A stretch of DNA of 64,000 nucleotides from an uncultured virus (IMG/VR IMGVR_UViG_3300026254_000003) (lineage: Duplodnaviria > Heunggongvirae > Uroviricota > Caudoviricetes): IMG/VR virus record IMGVR_UViG_3300026254_000003; one strand, given 5' to 3'. Both the position numbers and the translations under genes were made by a program. The notes under the pieces are model-generated. The model saw only the letters and a program-made list of their open reading frames with translations, made no database searches and was not told the DNA's origin. Positions within the stretch are counted from its first letter, which is position 1. Each line of letters begins with the position of its first letter. Of the stretch, positions 1 to 9,952 are shown piece after piece.

Positions 1-290
1 AACCTAACAAGCCCTTTACGCCACTTCTCTACATCTTCAAATATGTCCTGAGCTGCATTACGCATGAGCTGTACAGGTATATCTTTTAAGAAAGAGAGAG
101 CTTTATTTTTGCGTATATGGCTATAAGCCTTGTTTATCTCGCTGCCCTTCTGGGCAGCGAGTAGGCTTTTGTACTCAGTAAGTTTTTGATTGCGCATGAC
201 GTTGGACGCACCGATCCACTGAGCGAAGGTGATAGCTTGATTGCTATTAACCTTATCAGTTATATCGATGCTAAATCCACGCATTGCCAT
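1..290 (-). CDS. tnpB: TnpB-like (IS200/IS605 or IS607 OrfB) protein, N-terminal part; runs off the window edge
   Basis: Own translation MAMRGFSIDITDKVNSNQAITFAQWIGASNVMRNQK...AYSHIRK..LSFLKDIPVQLMRNAAQDIF..WRKGL resembles TnpB N-termini; hairpin at ~401-445 upstream. Confidence 0.6.
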   Translation of the reverse strand, partial: MAMRGFSIDITDKVNSNQAITFAQWIGASNVMRNQKLTEYKSLLAAQKGSEINKAYSHIRKNKALSFLKDIPVQLMRNAAQDIFEDVEKWRKGLVR

Positions 291-400
291 TAATCAAACA
301 CCTTGCCTAGCCACTAAATAAAGAATATTTTAGCCTTACACAAAAATCAACCGTAAGTTAAATGTGTACGAAAGCCATTATCAAGCATAACAAATAAAAC

Positions 401-446
401 CGCAGGGCTTAACTCGCAGCTAAAGCGCGCGAGGATGCGCCCTGCA
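401..446. mobile_element. Possible IS200/IS605 left-end subterminal hairpin
   Basis: gcagggc..ctcgc agctaaagc gcgcgag..gccctgc nested inverted repeat upstream of the TnpB-like ORF. Confidence 0.4.
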
Positions 447-551
447 TGCGCTCAAAGTGTCCACTAAGGTAATCTTCGATACGATCTGCAAGCATAAACG
501 TTGCTTTTGTGTTCGCGTAGCAAAAGGGGCGCACAGCACCCCGCCACAGAG

Positions 552-1136
552 TTAAAAGGCTTGGTTGTACACCGCTTCGGCTGCGAGGCGTCGGATAGCG
601 CGAGGGATAACATCTTCTACGCTACGACCCGCATCAGGCCACGCGTCGCCTTGGCGCCAAGAGAAATCATCGGTTGCATAATAGGTTGGCGTTAGCGTGA
701 GCGAAAGGCCATTTAATACGCTACCATGAGGGCGTGACAGGGTCGCGTCAAACATGATAGTCATATATTCTGACGTTACCGTCACCGAAAAGCTACGAGG
801 CGCAGCGGCTCTTGCTATCGCGGTAAAGGTATCGTTGCACGGCTTCATGTCGGCTAACATTGCAGGTGATACTACAAGGGTATCAACGTAAAGTGACGGT
901 GATGCATCATCAATCAAGCTGTCGCCAGCATTGCGAACGCTGATCGGTGATGATAAGTCTACAGCAAGAAGATTGTTGCTCGGTGATGCAGGCTCAAGGA
1001 ACGCAAGCTCTCTTAGCTCGCCATCAATGAAGTAAAGTGCTGCCACCTCGGATAATGCTTCAAACGCATTTTCTACACCAATGGCATTCGGTGAAAAGCA
1101 GTCTAGTGACGGTGCATAGTTGATGGTCATAGCCAT
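552..1136 (-). CDS. hypothetical protein
   Basis: 194-aa ORF behind repeat copy 1151. Confidence 0.8.
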   Translation of the reverse strand: MAMTINYAPSLDCFSPNAIGVENAFEALSEVAALYFIDGELRELAFLEPASPSNNLLAVDLSSPISVRNAGDSLIDDASPSLYVDTLVVSPAMLADMKPCNDTFTAIARAAAPRSFSVTVTSEYMTIMFDATLSRPHGSVLNGLSLTLTPTYYATDDFSWRQGDAWPDAGRSVEDVIPRAIRRLAAEAVYNQAF

Positions 1137-1362
1137 GATATATTCTCTCGTTGTTGTGTTGACAGGATCAGTATCGCAAAAACTGTGTGGATTGTCAAGT
1201 TTTTTGTGTGAGAAAAGCCAAAAAGCCTACCAAGATGGTAGGCTTACAGGGGTGTTGTCATCCAAGTGATGTTCATCTGAGGCGAACGTCATAGCATACT
1301 CTCCTTATCGATCGTATAAGTGTTGGTTGCGGTGACGCACAGCACGTACGCCACCCTATAGG

Positions 1363-1773
1363 TTACAGGCTATCTATCGCCTCGTCAAAGGCCGCAATGA
1401 GGCGTTCGGCTTCCATCTTCTTGCGAGTAAGAATAGCGCGCATCCCCTGCTTCATATCAGCAATCGCTTGCGTTTTAAGCGCAGGCGTCGTGTACACGTA
1501 AAGGTTTGGCGTATAATGAAAGGGCAAAGGATCTTCAAAGCGTGTAAGACCAGGAACGTAAAGCGATGATTTCTGGACGCGAGAACCGTTTATGCAAACT
1601 TCATCTTTGCCCCATGTGAGACCAGGCGTAGGCGTCGGTTGATAGCTGAACGCGGGCTGCTCAGTTAATCCACTCATCTTTAAAGACAATTTAATCACGG
1701 TGGTGCTGTCGTCAAAGTAGCCAAATTCTTTTAACGCGGCATCAAAGTCAGGGGTGATGGTTTGTTCTGGCAT
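1363..1773 (-). CDS. hypothetical protein
   Basis: 136-aa ORF, GGAG RBS, behind repeat copy 1786. Confidence 0.8.
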   Translation of the reverse strand: MPEQTITPDFDAALKEFGYFDDSTTVIKLSLKMSGLTEQPAFSYQPTPTPGLTWGKDEVCINGSRVQKSSLYVPGLTRFEDPLPFHYTPNLYVYTTPALKTQAIADMKQGMRAILTRKKMEAERLIAAFDEAIDSL

Positions 1774-1899
1774 GGATAAACTCCGTTGTTGTGTTGACGA
1801 GAGTTATTATCCCAAAGACTGAGAGTGTTGTCAATAAAGTTTTACCTATTATGACAACACTCGCCGTTGAAAGGATTGGTAGCTAGATTCCGCCCTATC

Positions 1900-2574
1900 T
1901 TATATTTCTAATTTTGCAACGTAATCGCGAAGTTGCTTTACGTCGTCTTCGTACTGCGAGTTATAAGGCATGTTTTTTGGCCCCAATATCATACCTTCTT
2001 TGAGATCGATTTTATCAAAAGAGGCATTGACGAGAACCTTATCGCTGCTTTTTTCCATCAAGAAAAAGAGCCGCATTCGACCGCTGTACATTTTTGCAAA
2101 GTTAGGCTCTCTTAGTGCGTTGTACATCTGGTGACCTATCATAATGAGACTGCTCTCATCTGTGACGGTACACCATACACGTCCACTTGATGTCTCCAGC
2201 ACCGTCGCTTTGCCTTGCAGTGGTGGATTTTTCGCAATGCCAGTGATAGAGGATTGTACGCGGAAGCCGCCATCGACACGAACAACGGTCAAATCGGTAT
2301 ATTCGTGAATAGTAGAAAGCAGCTTCTCCACATCATCGCTGAGCGCATCATCGATGATACCTAAAACATCTTCACTGCTAAGTAACGCGTTGTCATTATC
2401 TTCATTGCTGGTCTCAATAGACCACACCGAGTCCTCAAGGTAATGGACAGACGCTTCACTTAGCACGCTGTTTACGATGGTAGCGATAGACTCACCGCTG
2501 TCACCTGCAATACGCGCAAGGAAAAAGCCAAGCAAGGTGTTTTCTGTGAATAGGGCGTTGTCTTTGATGGTCAT
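1900..2574 (-). CDS. hypothetical protein
   Basis: 224-aa ORF, co-oriented with the upstream gene. Confidence 0.75.
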   Translation of the reverse strand: MTIKDNALFTENTLLGFFLARIAGDSGESIATIVNSVLSEASVHYLEDSVWSIETSNEDNDNALLSSEDVLGIIDDALSDDVEKLLSTIHEYTDLTVVRVDGGFRVQSSITGIAKNPPLQGKATVLETSSGRVWCTVTDESSLIMIGHQMYNALREPNFAKMYSGRMRLFFLMEKSSDKVLVNASFDKIDLKEGMILGPKNMPYNSQYEDDVKQLRDYVAKLEI

Positions 2575-2585
2575 GGTTGACGGCC

Positions 2586-3002
2586 TTATCGTTGATGGTA
2601 ATTAAGGTAGAGTGATTGACGTCTCATTTCACTTTCTCGCCAAGCGTTGTATCGCAGCGACGCATCCGCATGGCGACGTTTTCTGTCAATGCTGTAAGTA
2701 AGGCCACTCATTGCGGCGGTCATGCCGTGACAAAGTATAAAAGAGACTAGCACGGGGTGCTGTTCAAAGGACGGAATAGCTTGAAGCACAATAAGTGGGT
2801 ACAGCCCCATTGTACAAAATAACAGAGCAAACGCGGTGTTGGCCCAGTATACGAGGGCGCACGCGCCAAGCGTAGCTAGCGGTCGGCTACGCCATGCTTT
2901 ACGTTCCACCAGCTTAACTAGTGCGCTGGCAGCGGCGTTAAATTGTCGTTCAATACGCGTTCTAGGCGCTTGTAGGTGACTGAAGTCAGACATATAACTC
3001 AC
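2586..3002 (-). CDS. hypothetical membrane protein
   Basis: 138 aa, hydrophobic segments, leader half-repeat at 3021. Confidence 0.7.
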   Translation of the reverse strand: MSYMSDFSHLQAPRTRIERQFNAAASALVKLVERKAWRSRPLATLGACALVYWANTAFALLFCTMGLYPLIVLQAIPSFEQHPVLVSFILCHGMTAAMSGLTYSIDRKRRHADASLRYNAWRESEMRRQSLYLNYHQR

Positions 3003-3082
3003 AGTGGCGTTTCCTTATAATGTTGCGCTGACAGGCCCCCTCATCTCACTAATAAGGCGAGATGAGGAGGTGTGGCACTTAG

Positions 3083-3601
3083 TTAGATGACGTCAAGGAC
3101 GGCTTGTGCGCTTTCGATGAAGTTCTTGTATTCATCGGAAAGCAATTCAATGGCTTCGCGGTAGAAGTCATCATCGTAGCCAGAGCCATAAAAGTCATCA
3201 CCAACGAAACCGCCAATTGCGCTAATGCTCTCACCATTGACAATAAGCTCCACCGTAAAAAGGCCCACCTCTTCAACTCTTTTCTCAAGTGCATTGCGTT
3301 GGCGCGACAAGGTTGAAGGGTGCATGTCAGGATGATTGTCAGCTGAGAAAAGATCGTTGGCAAATTCGCTGGCTGAGCGGTCGTCTTCGATCTTTTCAAT
3401 GGCAGCAAGGTCGTGGTTCGCCAGCAAGGTGTATAGCGCTTGCGTGCGCGCCATAGCGTTGATTTTTGCGGTGCGTTCCGTTGGTGTATTGCCGTAGCCC
3501 TTTGGTATTTTCTTTGCGCGCTTGCGGATGGTCTCTTTAAACGCGTTAACATTGGCCGCAAGCGTATGGATGTCGTTTGCAGAAAGTGTGAGTATTTTCA
3601 T
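3083..3601 (-). CDS. hypothetical protein (acidic C-terminus)
   Basis: Start corrected to MKILTLS after repeat 3614. Confidence 0.8.
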   Translation of the reverse strand: MKILTLSANDIHTLAANVNAFKETIRKRAKKIPKGYGNTPTERTAKINAMARTQALYTLLANHDLAAIEKIEDDRSASEFANDLFSADNHPDMHPSTLSRQRNALEKRVEEVGLFTVELIVNGESISAIGGFVGDDFYGSGYDDDFYREAIELLSDEYKNFIESAQAVLDVI

Positions 3602-3681
3602 GATGCGGTTCCGTTGTTGTGTTGACAGAAATAGTGTCTCAAATGCTGTGTTAGTTGTCAACAAAAAAGAAATATGGTTGC

Positions 3682-4092
3682 TTAGGTTGCATCATTATTG
3701 CCGCTTTTCAGCGATTGTTGATGCTGATGATAGGCGAGGTTGTGTATTGCTGTGACGCGCTGAGCAATAAGCGTGTTGGCATACCATGCGAAACCCAGTA
3801 TGGGCGAGATGGCTAGCGCAATTAACAGTGACACCGCGATATCAATGAACGTATTGCCATAACGACGGCTCGCGACACGCTCTTTCATTGGGCTTGTTAG
3901 CGCATGAGGGGCTTTTTTTACGCCAGCGTAAATAAAGAAACTGCTGAGGAACATGACAGCAAGAGAAACCGAACATAGCCAGAAAATAACACTTTTTAAG
4001 GTGTCACTTGCCGTTAATAGATAAAATAAAATTAAACTGATGACAGTAAAATCAAGAAGGTGATGGATAAGAAAATATTCGCGTTTTTTCAT
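3682..4092 (-). CDS. hypothetical membrane protein
   Basis: MKKREYF start, 3-4 hydrophobic helices. Confidence 0.65.
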   Translation of the reverse strand: MKKREYFLIHHLLDFTVISLILFYLLTASDTLKSVIFWLCSVSLAVMFLSSFFIYAGVKKAPHALTSPMKERVASRRYGNTFIDIAVSLLIALAISPILGFAWYANTLIAQRVTAIHNLAYHQHQQSLKSGNNDAT

Positions 4093-4170
4093 CGTGAATG
4101 CCCGTGTTATGTTAGCAAGTGGTGGTGTAAATAGCTTGTGTTTTGACGCGCCGTGTAGCGCCAAGGCGCG

Positions 4171-4686
4171 CTAAAAGCGCACGCTGACCCCTAGTTGCTT
4201 AAAGTAATCGTTGGGGTGCAAGCCGCTTGCGCCAACGAAAACCTTGTTTGATGCGTCGCAATACGCGCGATATTCATCAGGTGTTGCAGCCTCCGCCTCC
4301 CCAAGCAGGTCTCGTGATAGCTTTATATCAAGGAATTCCTTGGGTGATGACGCAGACTCGCGTATTAAGTCGGTTTCTTTCTCGATGTAATCGTTACGTG
4401 CATCATGCAGTGTTTTCGATGCGGCATCGAGTGCTGGTACCTGAGAAAACAAATTGTCCTTATTCCATGCCAGCTTGTCCCGAAAAGCCGTGATGAGTGT
4501 TGGATCTTGGACTTCAGCAATAAACGAAATTGAATACTGATAGATGCTTACAAAGAAAAAGACGCCTGTTTTGCGTTCCTCAATCATAGGCTGATTGCCC
4601 TCGCGGTGATCGACGGCCATGTTAGACATAATAGTAATGAATTCTTTTACGTCTGATGCTGAACCTGTAGTGTACTGTGTTTTCAT
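4171..4686 (-). CDS. hypothetical protein
   Basis: 171-aa ORF behind repeat 4701. Confidence 0.8.
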   Translation of the reverse strand: MKTQYTTGSASDVKEFITIMSNMAVDHREGNQPMIEERKTGVFFFVSIYQYSISFIAEVQDPTLITAFRDKLAWNKDNLFSQVPALDAASKTLHDARNDYIEKETDLIRESASSPKEFLDIKLSRDLLGEAEAATPDEYRAYCDASNKVFVGASGLHPNDYFKQLGVSVRF

Positions 4687-4793
4687 GCGGGTTACCTGCT
4701 TGTTGTGCTGACTAAGAACAGTGTAACAAGCCTGTGTGCTAAGTCAATGTTTTTTTGCAGGCTGAGGAACGCCTCAACCCGCAGTGTACGCGA

Positions 4794-5573
4794 TTACGCC
4801 AATGCCTTGTAAGGAACGTAACCATCAAACAAAGCGAGGTGGCTTTGATGTGTGGTAAAGTCAGGATGCGGTATGGCACCAATAGCCTCAATAATGCGAG
4901 AAAGTTCCAGCGTCTGCATCGCCCTGAGAGCGGATGTGGATGCATAACTCACATTACATCGCTTAGGCTCTTGTTTAGCGCGCGCACATAACTCGGCGGT
5001 TTTGACGATGTCGGGCTGCGTGGCTTCCTGCAAGCGTTGCTGCGCATCTTCGTTAAGGTAATCAATACGGAAAATTAGACGGGAGTTGCCGCCATTTGTA
5101 CTAATAAGCTTCATGCTACAGGTTGCGCCGCAAGGTGCTAGCACGCATTCAACAAACTCACCTATTTGATCATCAAACGCTTTAATGGATTGGGTCACTC
5201 TGACGCACAACTCATCATCATCCATATGGGCCGTTGTAAATATCCCCACAGAGTTCGACGTCTCATCGCAAGTGAAAACAGGGTAGTAAAAGTCGAAATA
5301 TCCTTCGCCATAGAGGTGGTCGTGGGTGCGCGAGCAGATACTAATAAGCGAAGATGTGGTGCGTGTTACTGCTGACTCGGTGTTGGTGAGGGATGAGAAC
5401 ACGTGGGCGTTTTTAACGCCTGCTATCACTGCACCAAATGCCTTGGATTTAGACTCGTTAAGTGGTGTTCCAAAGAAGGCATTATGCGATGCGGAAAGCA
5501 AAGAAGCAAAGGCGCGAGGGCCATCGCTGTGTTGGCTGATAAGCGTGCGAAGTTTTTGTTGTAGCGTTGACAT
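4794..5573 (-). CDS. hypothetical protein, long-leader class
   Basis: Start MSTLQQK with GAGG RBS; own TTGACT-17-TATAAT promoter at 5766-5793. Confidence 0.75.
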   Translation of the reverse strand: MSTLQQKLRTLISQHSDGPRAFASLLSASHNAFFGTPLNESKSKAFGAVIAGVKNAHVFSSLTNTESAVTRTTSSLISICSRTHDHLYGEGYFDFYYPVFTCDETSNSVGIFTTAHMDDDELCVRVTQSIKAFDDQIGEFVECVLAPCGATCSMKLISTNGGNSRLIFRIDYLNEDAQQRLQEATQPDIVKTAELCARAKQEPKRCNVSYASTSALRAMQTLELSRIIEAIGAIPHPDFTTHQSHLALFDGYVPYKALA

Positions 5574-5806
5574 AATTATCCTCAATTGACCGATACATAA
5601 GAGTTCACCCGTTGTCCTGTGCGGCCATTGTGAATAATGCTGCAAAGAAACATACTGTAGATTGTGTGTTAACGTGATGCCGTGCCAGTCGCCTGGAGGG
5701 TGAAGCAATCCGCGCCGTTATACGCTTGGTAACATCTAGGCCGAATCACCTAAATATTGAAGTTAATTATACCAACTAAAGCGATAAAGTCAACCAAAAA
5801 AGAGTC

Positions 5807-5860
5807 AAAAAAGCCCGCGCATGGCGGGCTTGGGTGAGTGTGTCAGCACATCACCAAGGT
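5807..5860 (-). terminator. Hairpin (TGTGCTGACA) + intrinsic terminator module, copy 1
   Basis: Minus strand ggtga tgtgctgacacac tcacc, then agcccgc-catgc-gcgggc-TTTTTT. Confidence 0.8.
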
Positions 5861-5874
5861 GAAACTAAAGCGTG

Positions 5875-6438
5875 TTAGATACGCGTCATGTCAAAATCAG
5901 GGTAGCCTGCGCAACTCGTCAGCAAATCATCAAGTGTCATCCAGAATTTAGCGGGGTCGTTTTGTAGCATATCATCAAGCGCGCTTTCAACATCATACTT
6001 CTTGACCATCTCCATCAACGTATCGATGTAGGTGTAAACAAAAAGGTTAATGAGCGTACGTGCGCCATAGATGCTTAACTTATTAAGCGGCACGTGGCCT
6101 TCACGGTTATTGACAACCTCAATGGTCAGGTTGTCTGCACTGCGAGCAAGGGGCGAAAGTGCGTCGTACACCTCATCAGTAACGTTCATTTTCATACTGT
6201 TGATGCGAGAGGTAAGTTCATTGCCGTAGCTTTCAACTAATGCTGGGGCGTTATCAAGTCGCTTTTTCGTCATTATAGCGATCTGTTCAAGCGCTTGAGA
6301 CACCGTATCAAACGTTGAGAAATCATATGTACTTAAAGGTACGCAGATGGCAACTGAAATAGCTTCAGATACATTGCTGCAATAACCAATTTCAAAAACA
6401 TTAGGCTGGCTGTTGTGCTGTGTTGTAGTGCTGTTCAT
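5875..6438 (-). CDS. hypothetical protein, paralog family A
   Basis: Shares F..FD...AL..I / LSPLA..AD.LT / YGARTL.NLFV.TYID motifs with 13206 and 19924 ORFs. Confidence 0.8.
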   Translation of the reverse strand: MNSTTTQHNSQPNVFEIGYCSNVSEAISVAICVPLSTYDFSTFDTVSQALEQIAIMTKKRLDNAPALVESYGNELTSRINSMKMNVTDEVYDALSPLARSADNLTIEVVNNREGHVPLNKLSIYGARTLINLFVYTYIDTLMEMVKKYDVESALDDMLQNDPAKFWMTLDDLLTSCAGYPDFDMTRI

Positions 6439-6513
6439 AATGCATTCTCGTTGTTGTGTTGACGAAAATAATCCTCTCACAGATATGAGAGGGTTGTCAA
6501 TAGTGTGCCGTAA

Positions 6514-7107
6514 TTACGACACACTGTCGTCCTCGTCCACGACCTCGCCATTTTCATCAACGCGCTCGGGCTTGGTGTAGACGGTGCCACCATCATCATC
6601 AAGGTCAAGTTCATCATCATCATAGCTTGCTGACCAGAATGAAATAGATCCATCATCAAGGCGGTTGCCCACAGCATCTGCTCTGTAGTGTGGCACATCT
6701 GTCGCGCCGTCTATCAAGTAGCGAGCCGCATCAAAGATATTGTCGAATGTATAATCAACTAAACCTTGATAATTGTAATAAACCGTACCGTCTTCATAGT
6801 GCGAGCCTGTGCGATCTGCACGAAAGACAAAATCAGAACCTGCGGGGTTATCTCGCACGAAATCTTGTGCGCGCTTACTCATAGGTTTATTGACGCTGTT
6901 AATGGTCGTTGCGTTATTTGGGTTCACCGCCAGTGCGAGCATGTCGAATTTTTCTGCCATATCACGAAGGTTTTGTGCGGCGCGGCGGCATGCATTGTCA
7001 GCCCCTGACTCTCGCGGGAAAGAAAATTCACTATCACCGTTGATAAGCTCCGCTTCAAAATGATGTGAATTGTAGATAGAAGAAAGACCGATTTTGATGT
7101 TTTTCAT
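6514..7107 (-). CDS. hypothetical protein, very acidic C-terminus
   Basis: 197-aa ORF. Confidence 0.75.
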   Translation of the reverse strand: MKNIKIGLSSIYNSHHFEAELINGDSEFSFPRESGADNACRRAAQNLRDMAEKFDMLALAVNPNNATTINSVNKPMSKRAQDFVRDNPAGSDFVFRADRTGSHYEDGTVYYNYQGLVDYTFDNIFDAARYLIDGATDVPHYRADAVGNRLDDGSISFWSASYDDDELDLDDDGGTVYTKPERVDENGEVVDEDDSVS

Positions 7108-7142
7108 GCTGTTTCCCTAGTGACGAAAAGTGTTGTTGTGGT

Positions 7143-7451
7143 TTATTTACCGCGTGAAATAGGCGAGCGGTCGTGATACGGGGCGGCTTGTGTGTAATGC
7201 CAAACACCGTTTATTTTGATCCCCTCAAGCTCTCCACGAAGCCACAGTGACTTTAGCGCGTGGCCGTAAGTTTTGTTTGCTTTTCTGGCGCGCTTAGGGT
7301 AGCCAGTGGCCAGTTTTGTTGCCATGCAGGTGGCTTTTACCCAACCATGCTCACGAATATAACGAAGCAGTGATTTTCGACGCTTTGAGATGGGGAACGT
7401 CTTGTCTGCGGCATCGTGATCAAACATTGTTTTATTCGATAGTGTGTTCAT
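7143..7451 (-). CDS. small basic protein, possible winged-helix
   Basis: 102 aa, behind repeat 7464; L..L..RGEL...K..G.W.Y pattern. Confidence 0.7.
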   Translation of the reverse strand: MNTLSNKTMFDHDAADKTFPISKRRKSLLRYIREHGWVKATCMATKLATGYPKRARKANKTYGHALKSLWLRGELEGIKINGVWHYTQAAPYHDRSPISRGK

Positions 7452-7558
7452 GGTGGTAACCCGTGTTGTGCTGACAGGAACAGTATCTCAAAATCTGTGT
7501 TTTTTGTCAATGGGTTTTGCGTAAAAAAGCCCGTAAAATGCGGGCTTTAATGTTGGTG

Positions 7559-8071
7559 TTAGCTGCCGTAACGGTATTCGAAGGTATAAGGGCCTTCTTG
7601 TACTTCAAGATACATGTAATCTTCATAGATGCCATGCGTATCGCCAGCCATGTGGTAATCAATGCTAACACCTAGCGCCTCCATGGCCTTCAGGTGCGCA
7701 AGCGCTTTGTCAAACTTATCCTGAGCAAGTTTCGCATGCTTATCATAATCACGCTTTGCATCACTCTTATTCAAGAATTGGCCTGACGCAGGTGAATCAC
7801 TTAGGCATTTGCCTTGATGAACATCGAAATCTTTGCCGTTGTAGCGGTAAAGCGTTGACGGGAAGACGAATTCGCGGTCGCCCACTGTGAAGCACTTGGT
7901 GGTTTCGCGCCACGGGCAAATCATGAAGGGTTTATCTGATGGGACGCGCGACTGAGCAACATCTCTGGCTTTCTCAAGTGTGTCGGTGTCGATTTCGATT
8001 TCACCCAATTCAGGGCGTAGATTCATCGGAGAAAGGTTAAGGGGTAAGGCTTTGATAGCAAATAGTGCCAT
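7559..8071 (-). CDS. hypothetical protein
   Basis: Start corrected to MALFAIK after repeat 8086. Confidence 0.8.
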   Translation of the reverse strand: MALFAIKALPLNLSPMNLRPELGEIEIDTDTLEKARDVAQSRVPSDKPFMICPWRETTKCFTVGDREFVFPSTLYRYNGKDFDVHQGKCLSDSPASGQFLNKSDAKRDYDKHAKLAQDKFDKALAHLKAMEALGVSIDYHMAGDTHGIYEDYMYLEVQEGPYTFEYRYGS

Positions 8072-8152
8072 GGTACTGTTCCTGTGTTGTTGTGCTGACA
8101 GGAACAGTATCCCAAAAGCTGAGAGCGTTGTCAATGTTTTTTTGCATTATGT

Positions 8153-8647
8153 TTAATCGACATCTGGCTTTATTACCTTCCGTAAATCGGAGGTGAGGAT
8201 GACAAACAGTGTGTTAAATCCCAACGCAGCGGTTATAAAAACACTATCCCACATGGTGTTTTCGGCAGATGTCAGCATGTCTATCGCGATAATGGCACCA
8301 TAATTAGTAAACAGTGCAATCAATGCTGTGCTGACCAGGTCGAATGCCACCTGCGCATCATGCGACGTACTGTGAGGCTGGTTTCGGGTGACATTTTGAT
8401 ACCTGAATGCAACGGTATGAGCAAGCTTGGCGATTATCAAGCCGATACACATAGCCATAATTAAAAACGACGTCGTTAGCTTAAAAGTGTGAGGCTCAAA
8501 GTCGGGCAATGTGGCATAAGAATGTGCCATCAACGAAATGACCGCAAGAAGCGCGAAAAAACCGACGCCACGCCACATCCATAATAAGGCTTGCCCAATA
8601 GTATTCAGGGTGATGTCTGTTTGTGGATCTTCGTTGGTTATATCCAT
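8153..8647 (-). CDS. hypothetical membrane protein (about 4 TM)
   Basis: 164 aa, hydrophobic helices. Confidence 0.75.
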   Translation of the reverse strand: MDITNEDPQTDITLNTIGQALLWMWRGVGFFALLAVISLMAHSYATLPDFEPHTFKLTTSFLIMAMCIGLIIAKLAHTVAFRYQNVTRNQPHSTSHDAQVAFDLVSTALIALFTNYGAIIAIDMLTSAENTMWDSVFITAALGFNTLFVILTSDLRKVIKPDVD

Positions 8648-8692
8648 GTGATGTGCGCCCTCTGGTTGAAAAAGTATTACATTAGGGGGCGA

Positions 8693-9058
8693 TTAATGCA
8701 TCACCCGCTGGCCCATAAGCGCCTGCTCCATGTCCCAATACAGCCACGCCTCATTGTCGAGGTTGCGCTCTTTGTGTGCAAGCGCTTGTTCTGCGGCTGC
8801 AATCTCAAGGTCCACTTGCTTTTGCTCCTCACGCGAATGCCACACCACTTCGGTGCTGTCACGTTGACCCACTACAACTTTGTCTACACGCGCCAACGCG
8901 TACTCATCGTCGTTGCCCATGATATCATTGGCAAAAAGAAAATCCCAGCATGCCGCTTTCGCTGCATCGAGATCTGGCGTAGGGAGAAGCAACGCTTCGT
9001 TCTCGTACTCGTAGTCCATGCCTGTGATAGCGTATGCAAGAAAAAGAACCTGTTCCAT
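8693..9058 (-). CDS. acidic hypothetical protein
   Basis: 121 aa behind repeat 9075. Confidence 0.8.
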   Translation of the reverse strand: MEQVLFLAYAITGMDYEYENEALLLPTPDLDAAKAACWDFLFANDIMGNDDEYALARVDKVVVGQRDSTEVVWHSREEQKQVDLEIAAAEQALAHKERNLDNEAWLYWDMEQALMGQRVMH

Positions 9059-9167
9059 TGTGATATACCTTTAATGTTGTGCTGACAAGATAAGTATCTC
9101 AAACTCTGAGAGTGTTGTCAATAGAAAATGCGGCTGACCCATAATTAACCAGCCGCGCACCTCATAT

Positions 9168-9509
9168 TTAGGCTGCGAAAGCTGTCCTAAGGCCGTCGGG
9201 TATGTCGAAGCCTAAAATCCCAAAACGCTTCCCTTTCGAATCGGTAATCAGCCTTGTGTAAAGCCCCTCCATTAGTGCAAGTCCTGCATCCGTCGGCGTG
9301 GAAGTGAAGTAACCCTTGTCCATCAGTCTCTTGACGTGATGTCTGTCTCCAAAAGGACTCATATGACAGCCAAGGCAGTCTGGTTTTGGAATGGCCCAAA
9401 GACGTCCATCAGGTTGCGCATAGAGGTCCCAATTGGCGTCACCGATAAAGGCCAGAGTTTTACCTTTGATGGCGTTGTCGCGTTGCTGTTGCGTATCGAT
9501 TGCAGGCAT
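9168..9509 (-). CDS. hypothetical protein
   Basis: Start corrected to MPAIDTQ, AGGAG RBS, repeat 9524. Confidence 0.8.
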   Translation of the reverse strand: MPAIDTQQQRDNAIKGKTLAFIGDANWDLYAQPDGRLWAIPKPDCLGCHMSPFGDRHHVKRLMDKGYFTSTPTDAGLALMEGLYTRLITDSKGKRFGILGFDIPDGLRTAFAA

Positions 9510-9709
9510 GGTGATGCTCCTAAGTTGTGCTGACAGGGTTAGTATCTCAAAAGCTGAGAGTGTTGTCAATACAAAAAGTGATTGGTGTTTGTTTTATATG
9601 CAAAAAAAGGCGAGTTGGCAATCGTCTTCTTTGCAACGTATCACCACATATCTATATTCGCTTTTGCGATTTTGTAATGCGTGAAGAAACGGCTCTTATG
9701 AGCCTTTTC

Positions 9710-9865
9710 TTATTTAGCCTTGTCTACATAAGAAGCATTGCCTGTCGCGTAGGTGTACGCGTCAGCTTCAGCCCTGGCATCCTCAAGCGATGCGGGTGAT
9801 TTCATTAATGGCGTGTCGTTGTGGTTATACGCCATCCAAACTTTATTTTCGTTAGATTGTGCCAT
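9710..9865 (-). CDS. small hypothetical protein (51 aa, not in ORF track)
   Basis: MAQSNENKVWMAYNHNDTPLMKSPASLEDARAEADAYTYATGNASYVDKAK; AAGGAG RBS behind repeat 9881. Confidence 0.75.
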   Translation of the reverse strand: MAQSNENKVWMAYNHNDTPLMKSPASLEDARAEADAYTYATGNASYVDKAK

Positions 9866-9952
9866 GAGGCTTTCTCCTTGGTTGTGTTGACAGTGTTAGT
9901 ATCCCAAAGTCTGAGTGCGTTGTCAACACAGCCAAGAAAATTCATGCAGATA

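Noticed and set aside
1227..1292. 21-codon minus-strand ORF with AAGGAGAG RBS
   Set aside because: Too short, runs into a terminator stem and has no other support.
5580..5760. ZTP or c-di-GMP riboswitch in the long leader (gcgactggc)
   Set aside because: The remaining consensus elements are not found; kept only as an unclassified structured leader.
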